A stretch of 64,000 nt of DNA from an uncultured delta proteobacterium (lineage in GTDB: Bacteria > Myxococcota_A > Polyangia > Polyangiales > JAFGIB01): contig CAVZVA010000005.1 of the NCBI GenBank assembly GCA_963778655.1, positions 256,001 to 320,000 of the forward strand, in the 5' to 3' direction. A program made the position numbers and the translations under genes. The stretch's first letter is position 1, and each line of letters opens with the position of its first letter. The notes under the pieces were generated by a model. It was not told the DNA's origin. It worked only from the letters and a program-made list of their open reading frames with translations, and searched no databases. This document shows positions 20,789-31,964 of the stretch, piece after piece.

Positions 20789-21802
20789 TCAAAGCTCCTC
20801 GCGCGGCGCGGCGGGCAGCGCGTGCGCATTGCGCGCCGGCGCCCGGTAGCGCGGCCGCAGCACATAGCCCTCGCCCTCCGCCTCGACCTCGACGATCTCC
20901 ACCACCTCGCGCTTGCCGTCCGCCGCGCGCGCGGTCTGCACGATCGCGTCGACCGCGGACGCGATCTGCGCGCGCAGCGCGAACAGCGGCAGCGGCACGT
21001 CGCTCATCAGCGCCAGGGTTTCCAGCCGCGCGAGCGCGTCGCGCGCGCCGTTGGCGTGAATCGTAGAGAGACAGCCGCCGTGACCCGAGGTCATGGCCTG
21101 GATCAGCTCGAGCGCTTCGGCGCCGCGGATCTCGCCCACCACGATGCGATCGGGCCGCAGGCGCAGGCTGGCCTTGAACAGCTGCCGCAGCGTGACCTCG
21201 CCGCGCCCGCGCGCGTCCGCGGGGCGCGCTTCGAGGTGCACGACGTGCTCGTGCGAGAGCTGCAGCTCGCGCGCGTCCTCGATCACGATCACGCGCTCGG
21301 TCTCCGGGATGAAGCGGGCCAGGGCGTTGAGCAGCGAGGTCTTGCCCGAGCCGGTGCCGCCTGCCACCAGCAGGTTGCGGCGCGCGCCGACCAGCGCGCG
21401 CAAGCGCTGCGCGCCGGCCGCGCCCAGGCTGCCGCGCATGACCATCTGTTCCAGGCTGAGCGTGCTGCGCGTGAAACGCCGCACGCTGAGGATCGGCCCA
21501 TCGGGAGCCGCCGGCGGGATCACCGCCTCGATGCGTGACCCGTCTGGAAGCTGCGCCTCCAGGATCGGGGCCTGCTCGGAAATGCTGCGACCCGCGTACT
21601 GGGCCACCGCGTGCACCGCCGCCATCAGCGCGGCCGGGTCGGCGAAGCGATGCGGTGTGGCTTGAAGCCGGCCGTGGCACTCGATGTACACGCGCTCCAC
21701 GCCGTTGATCATGATCTCGCTCACCTCGGGGCGATCGAGCAGCGAGGCGATCGGCGCGAGCAAGCTGCGCAGGTTCTGTTGGTGCAGCGCGCGCGGGATC
21801 AT
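20789..21802 (-). CDS. cpaF: CpaF/TadA family ATPase, short form
   Basis: EVSEIMING, LPDGSRI, Walker A GGTGSGKT, IEDAREL, LRLRPDRIVVGEIRG, GHGG.LST.HAN. Confidence 0.92.
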   Translation of the reverse strand: MIPRALHQQNLRSLLAPIASLLDRPEVSEIMINGVERVYIECHGRLQATPHRFADPAALMAAVHAVAQYAGRSISEQAPILEAQLPDGSRIEAVIPPAAPDGPILSVRRFTRSTLSLEQMVMRGSLGAAGAQRLRALVGARRNLLVAGGTGSGKTSLLNALARFIPETERVIVIEDARELQLSHEHVVHLEARPADARGRGEVTLRQLFKASLRLRPDRIVVGEIRGAEALELIQAMTSGHGGCLSTIHANGARDALARLETLALMSDVPLPLFALRAQIASAVDAIVQTARAADGKREVVEIVEVEAEGEGYVLRPRYRAPARNAHALPAAPREEL

Positions 21803-22425
21803 CGCGTCACCTCGGCGCGTGCACGGGCGCCGCGCCCGTGCTCCGGGTGCTCGGCCAGCCACGCCAGCACCTCGGGGGCGAAAGGCCCCCGGGGCGCGCG
21901 CGCCAGGTAGGCCTCGAAACGGGCGCGCGCGGCGCGCGCGTCCCGGAATGCGTCGCGCTCGATCACCCCGAGCAAGTAGTGAGCCTGGGCGGAGTCGGGG
22001 TGCTGGCGAATCACGCGCTGCAGCTGCTCGGCCGCCTCGGAGGGACGGCCGAGCGCGAGCCGGATTGCGGCGACCAGGTAGCGCAGCTTCCACGCGTCGG
22101 GGTGGCGGCGCAGGTAGGGCTCGGCGTGATCGAGCGCGGCGCGCAGCCTGGAGGCCGCAATGCACACCCGCACCAGCGGCACGATTGCGCGGCGCTCGGG
22201 ATAGCCGTTGCGCACCGCGAGCGTGAAGTACTGCTCGGCCCGGCTGCTGTCGCCCTGCGCGGCGAGCGCCTGGCCGCGTGCGAAGAGCGCGGCTGCGGTC
22301 GCGGCGCGCGCCGCGGCCGCTGGCTCGCGGTGGCCGGCGGCCGGCGGCGCGCCGCCGGGTCGCGCGGTTGCACAGCCGGAAAGCAGCAGCAAGCCGGCGC
22401 TCACGAAAATGCGGTGCGTGGTCAT
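21799..22425 (-). CDS. TPR-repeat lipoprotein (TadD/pilotin-like position)
   Basis: Lipobox LSGC; TPR-like helices (AHYLLG, YLARAPRG); coupled overlaps on both sides. Confidence 0.75.
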   Translation of the reverse strand: MTTHRIFVSAGLLLLSGCATARPGGAPPAAGHREPAAAARAATAAALFARGQALAAQGDSSRAEQYFTLAVRNGYPERRAIVPLVRVCIAASRLRAALDHAEPYLRRHPDAWKLRYLVAAIRLALGRPSEAAEQLQRVIRQHPDSAQAHYLLGVIERDAFRDARAARARFEAYLARAPRGPFAPEVLAWLAEHPEHGRGARARAEVTR

Positions 22426-23027
22426 GACGGGTCCTCGAGTTGGGTGGTTTCGTCGAGCTCCAGCTGCAGGCGTTTGAGCGCGGCGACGAACGCGCCCTCG
22501 TGGCCGGAAAGCAGCGCGAGCAAGAAGCAGACGTCGGCGCGCGCCAGCGCGGGACGGCCGGTGTCGAGCGCGCGCTCGTAGCGCAGCACGTGATCGCGGT
22601 AGTCGCGCTCCAGCCGCGAGCGCCACAGCCGGGCGCGCAGCGCGCTGCGTGCCCGGCCCTGGTCGTCGTGCGCGAGCACGAAGCACGCTTCAGCCTCGAG
22701 CAGAGCCTGCAACGCGGGCAGCCCTTCGGCCGCGGCAAAGGGGTAGCGCGCGATGCGCGCCCGACCCGAGCTTTCCGCGCGCCGCGCGCGCTCCGCGGCG
22801 GCCTCGGGCGAGGCGTCGCAGCCGCCTTCGAGCGCGGGCAGCGGCGGAGCTGCCACGCGTTCTGCCGCGGGGGCCAAGCGTCCGAGGTCGGCGAAGCTGG
22901 CGGCGAGCAGCAGCGCGAGCGCGAGCGCCAGCAGCAGCGGCTGCATGGCGCGCGCCGCGGCGTTCGTGGCGGGCGTGCGTGCCGCGCCTTGCCCCTCGAC
23001 CACCTCGGCTGGAGCCTGCGCGCGCAT
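22422..23027 (-). CDS. Tad-locus membrane-anchored hypothetical protein
   Basis: Hydrophobic LLLALALALLLAA; RYPF...G..A......AEACF motif; in-operon position. Confidence 0.6.
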   Translation of the reverse strand: MRAQAPAEVVEGQGAARTPATNAAARAMQPLLLALALALLLAASFADLGRLAPAAERVAAPPLPALEGGCDASPEAAAERARRAESSGRARIARYPFAAAEGLPALQALLEAEACFVLAHDDQGRARSALRARLWRSRLERDYRDHVLRYERALDTGRPALARADVCFLLALLSGHEGAFVAALKRLQLELDETTQLEDPS

Positions 23028-23028
23028 G

Positions 23029-23922
23029 TCACATCCCGAAGCCGTGAACGATGAACGGGCCGAGCACGATCAGCAGGATCGCCCCGAGCAGCAGCGTCAT
23101 CGGCAGCACCAGCAGCACCGATGCGCGTGCGGCCGCTTCTTCAGCGCTGACGCTGCGCCGCAATCGCAGCACGCGCGCCTGGATGCAGAGTACCTCGGCC
23201 AGCGGATTGCCCCTGTGCTCGGCCTGCGTGACCGCGGCCACGAAGTCCTGCATGGCGTTGCAGGGCGCGCGCAGCGCCAACGCGGCCAGCGCTTGCCGCC
23301 GGGTGTGGCCCATCGCCAGCTCCTGCAGCACGCGGGCCAGCTCCTGCACCAGCGGGTCCTCGGCGTCGGGCAGCTCGCGCACCAGCAGCCCGAGCGCGCC
23401 CGTGAAGTCGAGGCCCGCGCCCATGGCCAGCGCGAGCAGGTCGATCGCCGCTGGCAACGCGCGCGCGATGCGACGCTGCCGGCGCTCGCCCTCAGCGCGC
23501 ACGTGCAGCCAGGGCGCCGCCGCACCCAGCGCGGTCACAGCCGCCAGCGAGGCAGGCCCGAGCCCGAGCCACGGGGCGGTAAGCGCCGCTGTTGCCGCAG
23601 CGGCTGCGGCAGCGAGCACGCACAGCGCCAGCAGCTCGTCCGCGCACAGGCCGAGTAGCTCGCCCGAGCGCGTGAGCGCGGCGCGCACGTGATCGCGCAC
23701 GGGCGCCAGCGGAAGGCGGGCCACCACGGCGCCGAGCCAGCGCAGGCAGGGCTCGCCCAGCGCAAAGACGCCGGACGCCGACAGCGCCCGCCCGCGCTGC
23801 AGGCCGCGCGGCCCGAGCAAGGGCCGCGACAGCGGCGCGATGCGCGCGAGCGCGTACGCAGCGAGCGCCAGCCCGAGGGCGATGGCGGCGGTGGCCAGCA
23901 CGGAGAGCTCGTCGATGCTCAT
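23029..23922 (-). CDS. tadC: Tad inner-membrane platform protein TadC (T2SSF family)
   Basis: LPAAIDLLALAMGAGL, G.TR..AL, Q.EHRGNP.AEVL..QA...R..R...AEE.A. Confidence 0.88.
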   Translation of the reverse strand: MSIDELSVLATAAIALGLALAAYALARIAPLSRPLLGPRGLQRGRALSASGVFALGEPCLRWLGAVVARLPLAPVRDHVRAALTRSGELLGLCADELLALCVLAAAAAAATAALTAPWLGLGPASLAAVTALGAAAPWLHVRAEGERRQRRIARALPAAIDLLALAMGAGLDFTGALGLLVRELPDAEDPLVQELARVLQELAMGHTRRQALAALALRAPCNAMQDFVAAVTQAEHRGNPLAEVLCIQARVLRLRRSVSAEEAAARASVLLVLPMTLLLGAILLIVLGPFIVHGFGM

Positions 23923-23929
23923 GGACGCC

Positions 23930-24783
23930 TCACAGGTCGACCGCCAGGATCTTGCGAGCGGACAGGAACGCCGCGCACCACAGCGCAGCCGCGGCGGCCA
24001 GCACCAGGTGCCCGCGCGTGGTGGCCCACAGCGGCTGCAGCAGGTCGGGATCGAGGTGCTGCAACAGCCCCACCAGCGGCAGCGGGATCGCCGCGATCAG
24101 CAGCGACTGCGCGCGTCCCTCCGCCGTCTTGGTGCGTACGACTGCCTCCAGCCGGGCCATCTCACGCAGGCTCGCGGCACACGACTCGAGCGTCTCGCCC
24201 AGGTTGCCGCCGGAGGTGCGAGCCAGCCGCAGCGTGGCCAGGGCTGCGCTCACGACCGGGCTGCGCACGCGCGCGGCGAGCTGCTGCATGGCGCGGTCGA
24301 GCGGCACGCCCAGGCGGTTCTCCTTGAGCAACAGCGCGATCTCCTCGCACAGCGGCGGGGCCGTGAGCGCGACGCTGCTCGCCAGCGCGTCACCGAGGGC
24401 GGGATTGGCCTTGAGCGCGTTGGCCAGCGCGAGCAGCCAGGCGTCGAGCTGCCGCTCGACGCGCGCGCTGCGGGCGTCGCGCTTGCGCCGCAGCAACAGC
24501 CGCGGCGCGATCAGCACGGCGGCCGCCGGCGGCAGCGGCCACGGCGAGCCCAGCCCGAGCGCCAGCACCAGCAGGCCCGAGGCCGTGGCGGCCTGCAGCG
24601 CGAGCAGCCGCGCGGCGGACAGCGGCGCGCCCAGGTAGCGCAGATCGGCCGCTAGCACCGCCCGGTGAGCCGCCAGTCGCCGCCGCAGCGTCGCGTCGCG
24701 GCTGACCACCGCGGCCAGCGCAACGAGCCCCGTCGGCAACAGGATGCAGGCCGCGAGCCTGAGCAACGCGAGTCGCGCGTCGG

Positions 24784-24787
<4 letters not shown>
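23930..24787 (-). CDS. tadB: Tad inner-membrane platform protein TadB (T2SSF family)
   Basis: QL...L..LANALKA, PL.EE, LGVPL..A, SGGNL.E.L, TAEGR.Q. Confidence 0.9.
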
Positions 24788-26375
<1,588 letters not shown>

Positions 26376-26379
<4 letters not shown>

Positions 26380-27548
26380 GGTGAGCCGTCCCTGACTGCA
26401 CGCCGCGGCGCGCGCGTGCGCCGCCTCCGCAGCGGCGCGTCGAGCGAGCGCAGCGGCGCCTGCTCCAGGTCGCCGTCGTAGCTTCCGAACAGCGCCAGCG
26501 CTTCCTGCACCCGCCGGCGCGCGTCCGGGGTGACGGAATCGACCACCGTCGGCACGATGAAGATCAGGTTCTGCGTGTGCTCGCTGCGATGGTCGTGCCG
26601 GCCGAATAGCAGTCCCAGGATCGGTAGCTGCGACAGCCCCGGCAGGCCGCTGCGGTCGCTCTGCTCGCTCTGCGCGGTCAGCCCGGCAACCACCACCGCC
26701 TGCCCCAGGTCCAGATTGACCACGCTGTCGAGCGTGGACAGCACGCGGCCCGGAATGCCGGTGCCGCGATCGGAGGAGAGGTCCGAGACCTGGGCGTGAA
26801 GCGCGAGCTCGATGCGCCCGCTGTCGCGGTCGTAGCGCGGCTTGACGCGGATCTCGCTGCCGAACGGGATCTGGCGCACCCCGACGCTCAGAGCGCTCTG
26901 CACCGGAATGTTGAGCTCGCCGCCGCCGGAGAAATCCGCCTCGCTGCCGTTGGCGGTGATCAGCGCGGCCTGACGCAGTAGCTTCGCCCAGCCGCGCGAC
27001 TGCGCCAGGTCGAGACGCGGCAGCGCCTGGTCGGTGATGACGGCGGTGGCTTCGGTGAAGGCGCCGGAGCTGAGATCGAAGCTGGCCGTGGCGCTGCCGC
27101 CGCCGAAGGTCGCGGGCCAGACCAGCCCGACGTCGGTGTGGTCGTCGCGGCTCAGCTGCACGAAGTAGAAGTCGAGCCGCACGTTGTCGCGTGCCTCCAC
27201 GCGGGTCGACTGCTCGGCCTCGCCCTCGGCTTGGGGACGGCCTGGATCGGTGACGCTGATCCGGTACTGGAGCTGGCGCCCGCCCTCGAGCATGAACAGC
27301 AGCGAAGTGCGGCCCGGGTGCAGGCCCACCACCACGAAGCTCGTGCCGTCCTTGGTCAGGCGCACGTCGACGACGCCCGTGATGCCTTCGGAGTAGCTGG
27401 CGACGCCGTCGCTCGGAATCACCCGCTGCTCGCCGACATCGAGCGTGAGCTCCAGCGTCTGCTCGGCGCGGGCGCTGCCGCGGATGGCGAAGCCCAGCAC
27501 GAGGGCGAGCGCCGCGGCGTGCCTCAGCCATGGATGCGGCGCGCGCAC
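26376..27548 (-). CDS. cpaC: CpaC/RcpA secretin
   Basis: Signal peptide; pilus-assembly N-domain (G..PGRTSL); F.GGGELNIP, GLPGLSQLPILGLLF, LIFIVP. Confidence 0.88.
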
Positions 27549-27551
27549 GGC

Positions 27552-28277
27552 TCAATCCTCACCGGGCGCGCGCACCGTGGTGGCCAGGTCCACCGCGCGG
27601 TCGCTGCGCGCGACGTCGTCGGGGTTGCGTAGAAACAGCCGCAGCTCGCCGCGCCCCTCGGCCTGGGCCAGGCGTGCGCCCTGCGCGGGCGTCACGCTCA
27701 GCGTGACCTGTCCGCTGCGCGCTCCTTCCGGCCCGCGCGCGGGGTCGATACCGCCCAGATCCTGGCCGACCGCGAGCACCAGCAGGTTCTGCGCGATGGT
27801 CTGCACGCCCTGGCTCGGCTCGGCCTCGCGCTCCTGCGCGCGCGCCAGCAGCACATCCACCCGGTCGCCCGGCGAGAGCAGCGCGTCGAAGCCGCCATCG
27901 CGCAGCTCGAGCGAGAACGCTCGCATGCCTTCGGGCACCAGGCTCGAGAGCTGGCGCGGCGGCTCGCGCATGCTCGCCAGATCGCTGAACAGCAGCGCTT
28001 CGTTCGCGCGTCCGGCCACGCCCAGGCGGGCACCCCGGACCTTGTCGAGATCGCGGGCGGGAATGTGGCGCGACTCCAGATACGCCTGCGGCAGCGCGCG
28101 CGTGCCCAGCAGGTCGCGCGTGATGCGGGTTCCGGCTGGTACGTCCTTGACCAGCACCAGCACCTGCGTGGTGGGTCCGCCGCGGACCTCCTGCTCGAAG
28201 CGCTGCATGTACAGCCGCAACGACACGATGCCTGCAATCGTGGCCAGCACGGAAACGAGCAATGCCTTGCGATTCAT
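27552..28277 (-). CDS. cpaB: Flp pilus assembly protein CpaB/RcpC
   Basis: N-terminal TM; SAF-like VLV...D.PAG..I; PEGMRA, L.PGDRVDVL, QNLLVLAVG, VTL.VTP, LRNPDD. Confidence 0.92.
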   Translation of the reverse strand: MNRKALLVSVLATIAGIVSLRLYMQRFEQEVRGGPTTQVLVLVKDVPAGTRITRDLLGTRALPQAYLESRHIPARDLDKVRGARLGVAGRANEALLFSDLASMREPPRQLSSLVPEGMRAFSLELRDGGFDALLSPGDRVDVLLARAQEREAEPSQGVQTIAQNLLVLAVGQDLGGIDPARGPEGARSGQVTLSVTPAQGARLAQAEGRGELRLFLRNPDDVARSDRAVDLATTVRAPGED

Positions 28278-28411
28278 GGAGTGATCCGGTGGCGGGAAGT
28301 CCGCGCTGGCGGTCCAACCCGACTGTTGTTGCTATCGGCTGCCGCGCGGCCGAGTTGCGCGCGGGCGTGCGCTTTTCCGCGTCCTGTGTGCAGGGGCAGA
28401 ACAGGGGCGGC

Positions 28412-29314
28412 TCAACGCAGGGGCAACAGGGTCAGCCGTGCGGCGTTGCGCCCGTCCGCGGAGATCGTCGCGCTGGCCAGCGCGCTTCCGCGCGACAGCA
28501 GCAGCGTGTGCGCGGCGGCGGGCTCGAGCGCGCGCACGTGGAAACCCTGCGCCTCGAGCGCGACGCGGTAGCGCGCCATTAGCTGCGCCGCGGGCAGCGC
28601 CGCGCGGTAGCCGACCAGCATCGGCGCCCGCTCCTGCTGCCACGCGCTCAGCACGCGCCGCGCGCCCGCCGGCCGCGGCACGCCGGGGAGATCGCGGCCG
28701 GGGGCATCGCCGCGCGCGGGAAACATCGCGCGCAGCGGCAGGCTGCCTTCGCTCCACACCGCCACGTACGCGGTCGCCGCGCCCTCGCGCCGCGCCCAGG
28801 CGAAGCGCAACTGGCCGAGCGCCCGCAGGTCTCCGCTGGCACGCAGCGCGCGCAGGCGCCCGATCAGGTCGCGCGGCGCCAGCGTCACGCCGCCGAGGTC
28901 CAGGCACGCCACGTAACCTGCGCCGCCGTGTTGCCCGCGCAGCACACCATCGAGCGCGGGCAACGCGGCGCGCAGGCCGTGCGGGAGCGGCGCGCGCGGC
29001 ACTGTCGCGGGGTCGAAGCGCAGGCCGAGCTTGCGGCAGCGCGCCTGCAGCACGTCGAGCAGCGTGTCCAGCGAGTCAGGGGTGCTGCCCGAAAGCACGC
29101 GCAGGGAGGCGCCGTTGAGCCAGAGCGTGCGCGGCGCGTCGAGCCTGCCGGCGCGCGCGTAGCTCAGCAGTGCGGCCCCTGCGTCCTGTAGCAGCTCATC
29201 GCTGCGCGCCCGCGCGCGCACGCACAGCGTGGCGACCGCGCCGGCGCCCACCAGCGCAAGCAGGGCGCCGACCCGTAGCGCGCCGGCCACGCCGTGTACG
29301 CCGCGCGCGCTCAC
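28412..29314 (-). CDS. Tad-locus exported hypothetical protein
   Basis: GTGA overlap with upstream pseudopilin; N-terminal hydrophobic stretch; LNG, MFP..GDAPG.D..GVPRP motifs. Confidence 0.65.
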   Translation of the reverse strand: MSARGVHGVAGALRVGALLALVGAGAVATLCVRARARSDELLQDAGAALLSYARAGRLDAPRTLWLNGASLRVLSGSTPDSLDTLLDVLQARCRKLGLRFDPATVPRAPLPHGLRAALPALDGVLRGQHGGAGYVACLDLGGVTLAPRDLIGRLRALRASGDLRALGQLRFAWARREGAATAYVAVWSEGSLPLRAMFPARGDAPGRDLPGVPRPAGARRVLSAWQQERAPMLVGYRAALPAAQLMARYRVALEAQGFHVRALEPAAAHTLLLSRGSALASATISADGRNAARLTLLPLR

Positions 29315-29883
29315 TTGCCCCCGCAGTTCGGCAGCGGAAGCTTGCGGCAGAACACCCCGGTGATGACCTGGAACACGTCGCGCGGCCGTTCGTTGCAGGC
29401 GACCACGATCTCGCCGCGCTCGGACACGCTCTGCGCGGGACTCCACGGCACGCGCACCGGTGCGTGCGCCTCGGCGCGGGTGGTGGTGCCGAACAGCCCG
29501 CGCATCGCAGCGCCGAGCAGGGGCACGTCGTCGAAGGGATCGAACGCGGCGCCTGCGGGCCGCAGCGAGGTGCTGTCTCGCGCCTGGTCGATCAGCTGGT
29601 CGGAGGCGGCGCGGCCGTCTTCGCTCTGCGCAGTGGTGGGCGTGCTCCCGCAGTCGCGCGGCGGCGCGCTCGGGTCGCAGCCCGAGACGGCATACTGCCA
29701 GGCGCAGCGCCGCGCCTGTAGCAGCAGCCGCTCGCGCGTCAGGTAGCGCGCCTGCACGAACAGCACGCCCACCAGCAGCAGCCCGAGAAAAGGCACGATG
29801 ATCAGCGCCTCCACCATGGCCACGCCAGCGCGACGTGCGCCGCGGCGTCGACCCAGTCCCCCGGAACCGCGATTTCTACGCAA
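29311..29883 (-). CDS. TadE-like pseudopilin (start uncertain; ATG alternative at 29817)
   Basis: Prepilin-like RRAG|VAMVEALIIVPFLGLLL; AR.CAW.YA..GC; C-terminal CNE motif. Confidence 0.75.
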   Translation of the reverse strand: MRRNRGSGGLGRRRGARRAGVAMVEALIIVPFLGLLLVGVLFVQARYLTRERLLLQARRCAWQYAVSGCDPSAPPRDCGSTPTTAQSEDGRAASDQLIDQARDSTSLRPAGAAFDPFDDVPLLGAAMRGLFGTTTRAEAHAPVRVPWSPAQSVSERGEIVVACNERPRDVFQVITGVFCRKLPLPNCGGK

Positions 29884-29940
29884 TCTCGACCCGCCCTCGG
29901 CGCCGCTCGCGGCGTTGCGCGGGCTTGAAATACCGTCGTG

Positions 29941-30133
29941 TAGTCCTGCACCCGCGACAGCCCGGAAGTTCGTTCCTTGAGGAGAGGGAGCCGCGAAGCG
30001 GCCTCGCGTGGGGGTGGGGCCCGGCGAGCTTTGCCCGACGAGCGCGGGCGGCGCGTGCCGCCTCCGATACGAAAGGAAGCGAAGGATCATCGGTTCGGAA
30101 GGCCGGAACGGACTCGCGAACCGATGTGCTAGT
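29941..30133. repeat. Structured intergenic repeat-like insert inside the Tad locus
   Basis: Shares 16-mer GCGAAGCGGCCTCGCG (29993-30008) with 15782-15797; hairpin CATCGGTTCG/CGAACCGATG (30088-30126). Confidence 0.45.
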
Positions 30134-31964
30134 GCACGAACAGATCCGCGATCGAAAGGTCGAGCTGGCCGCATGATGGGGTCTCCTTGCCGGCGTTTCC
30201 GCCGACCGCGCGGGCGCACACGCCGTGCAACGCGCCGAGCAGGCCGCCCGCGCCGGCTGGCTCGCCCGAGCTCGCGTCCCGCTCAGGCAGGCGAAAGCGG
30301 CGTAGCCGCGCGCGCCAGCGCATGTTCCATAAATAGCTGCTGCGCTCGTCCGCGGCAGGATCCTGCACCGCGTAGTAGTATTCGGCCTGGGCGAGCGCGA
30401 CCCGGCCCAGCGCGCGCGCGGTCTCGAAGTCGGCGCCGGCGTCCGATTTGCCCCAGCTCGCCACGCGCACCACGGCTTCGGGCACGCCTGCCGGCGTCGA
30501 GCCCAGCACCGCGGCGCGGACCTGAAAGGCTTCCTCGCCCAGCTCTGCGCCCGCCACCATGTCCTGTGGCACACGCGTGCCTGGCGAGGACTCGCCGGCC
30601 GCTCCCTCCGCGGTCAGACGGTCCTTGGCGTGCGCGCCCAGGTCGTAGCTGCGGGTCACGCCCTCGCGGCAGCCGAACAGATGCGTCACCTCGGTGTGAT
30701 CGAGCGCGACGCTGGCGCCCTCGCGCGCGACCCCCGCAGGCGGCCGCGCGTTCGAGCACAGCGGCACGGGCCGGCCGTCGGCGTCGCGCGTGGCCAGGCT
30801 CCAATCCGGGCTCACCTGGGCGCGCGCAAACCCGCACGGCCGCACGTCGTCCTGCAGGCGCGTGTAGCGGGCGTGGGCCTCCTCGCTCTTGGGGTTCGAG
30901 GTGACCTGCCACCGGCCGCGCTCGAAGCGATAGCTGCGCCGAAAGCTCCGTTGCTGCCAGTCGAAGTCGTACAGCGGGTCGTCCTTGCCGCGTGGCGCGC
31001 AGGCCTGGCGCGCCAGCGCATCGCGCTGCGCGTAGGGCTCTCCCTGGCGGCAGCGCTGCGTGCAACGCCCCAGGTCGTCCGGCTCCGAAGCCGCTTCGTC
31101 GCGCTCGGCCTGCCTGCACGCGTTCGCGAGGGCGTCCGCGCCGTCCTGCCCCGACGCGCTTGCGCTCATGCACTGCTCGCGCGCCGGCAGGTTGGGGTAA
31201 TGAGCGGTGTCGTGCACCGTGGTGGTGGGCGGCGCGACGCCTTCCGCGCCGCAGAACCAGGCCGCGCCCGCCTTGCTCAGATCTTCGATCGCGCCGCCTA
31301 CCAGCCCCGCGATGGGCCCCGGCACCAGCCCTGCCATCGCGAATCGGGTCGCGTCGCCCACGTAGTGTCCGGCGTGGTCGCACAGCTCGGCGAAGCTGCC
31401 GTCTTCGGTCGGCAGCGTGGCCCGTGCGGGCAGCGCGAACGCGACCTGAGCGGGCGGCGCGTAGTGTTCAGCGACCCCGGCGACCACGGGCAACTCGCTG
31501 GCCGCCGGCACCGCCATGCGTACCCCGATCGCCGCGCCGTGCAGGGTCTGCAGCGCCAGATCGATCTCGGGCTGCAGCAGCGCGTGCGCTTCCCGTGTGC
31601 TTTCACGCGCACCTTCCAGCAACGGGATGGCCTCCGCCAGGTTGGGCGCCAAGAAGCTCGCGAAGCCGATCGCCACGATCGCGACCGTGATCAGCGTTTC
31701 GATCAGCTTGAGCGCGACCAGCACCGCCAGCAGCGCCGCCATCACCATGTTGATCAGCGCGATCAGGTTCATGCCGCGCGCGTGCACCACGGCCGCCGAG
31801 AAGGCCGCCGCGTCCGCCGCATCCTGCATGCGCTCGCGCTGCCAGATCGCCTCGCCGATGCCGATCAGGTAGTACAGCGCGGCGGTCAGAAAGATCGCCA
31901 TGAACACGCCCAGCACCATGATCGCGCCGCGCTCGTCGCAGCCCAGCCTGCGCTGCAGCGTCAT
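30129..31964 (-). CDS. TadG-like large pseudopilin (Tad domain) with Cys-rich insert
   Basis: ERG|AIMVLGVFMA, QDAADAAAFSAA..HARGMN; C-terminal AQAEYY...WNMRWRARLRR. Confidence 0.85.
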   Translation of the reverse strand: MTLQRRLGCDERGAIMVLGVFMAIFLTAALYYLIGIGEAIWQRERMQDAADAAAFSAAVVHARGMNLIALINMVMAALLAVLVALKLIETLITVAIVAIGFASFLAPNLAEAIPLLEGARESTREAHALLQPEIDLALQTLHGAAIGVRMAVPAASELPVVAGVAEHYAPPAQVAFALPARATLPTEDGSFAELCDHAGHYVGDATRFAMAGLVPGPIAGLVGGAIEDLSKAGAAWFCGAEGVAPPTTTVHDTAHYPNLPAREQCMSASASGQDGADALANACRQAERDEAASEPDDLGRCTQRCRQGEPYAQRDALARQACAPRGKDDPLYDFDWQQRSFRRSYRFERGRWQVTSNPKSEEAHARYTRLQDDVRPCGFARAQVSPDWSLATRDADGRPVPLCSNARPPAGVAREGASVALDHTEVTHLFGCREGVTRSYDLGAHAKDRLTAEGAAGESSPGTRVPQDMVAGAELGEEAFQVRAAVLGSTPAGVPEAVVRVASWGKSDAGADFETARALGRVALAQAEYYYAVQDPAADERSSYLWNMRWRARLRRFRLPERDASSGEPAGAGGLLGALHGVCARAVGGNAGKETPSCGQLDLSIADLFVH

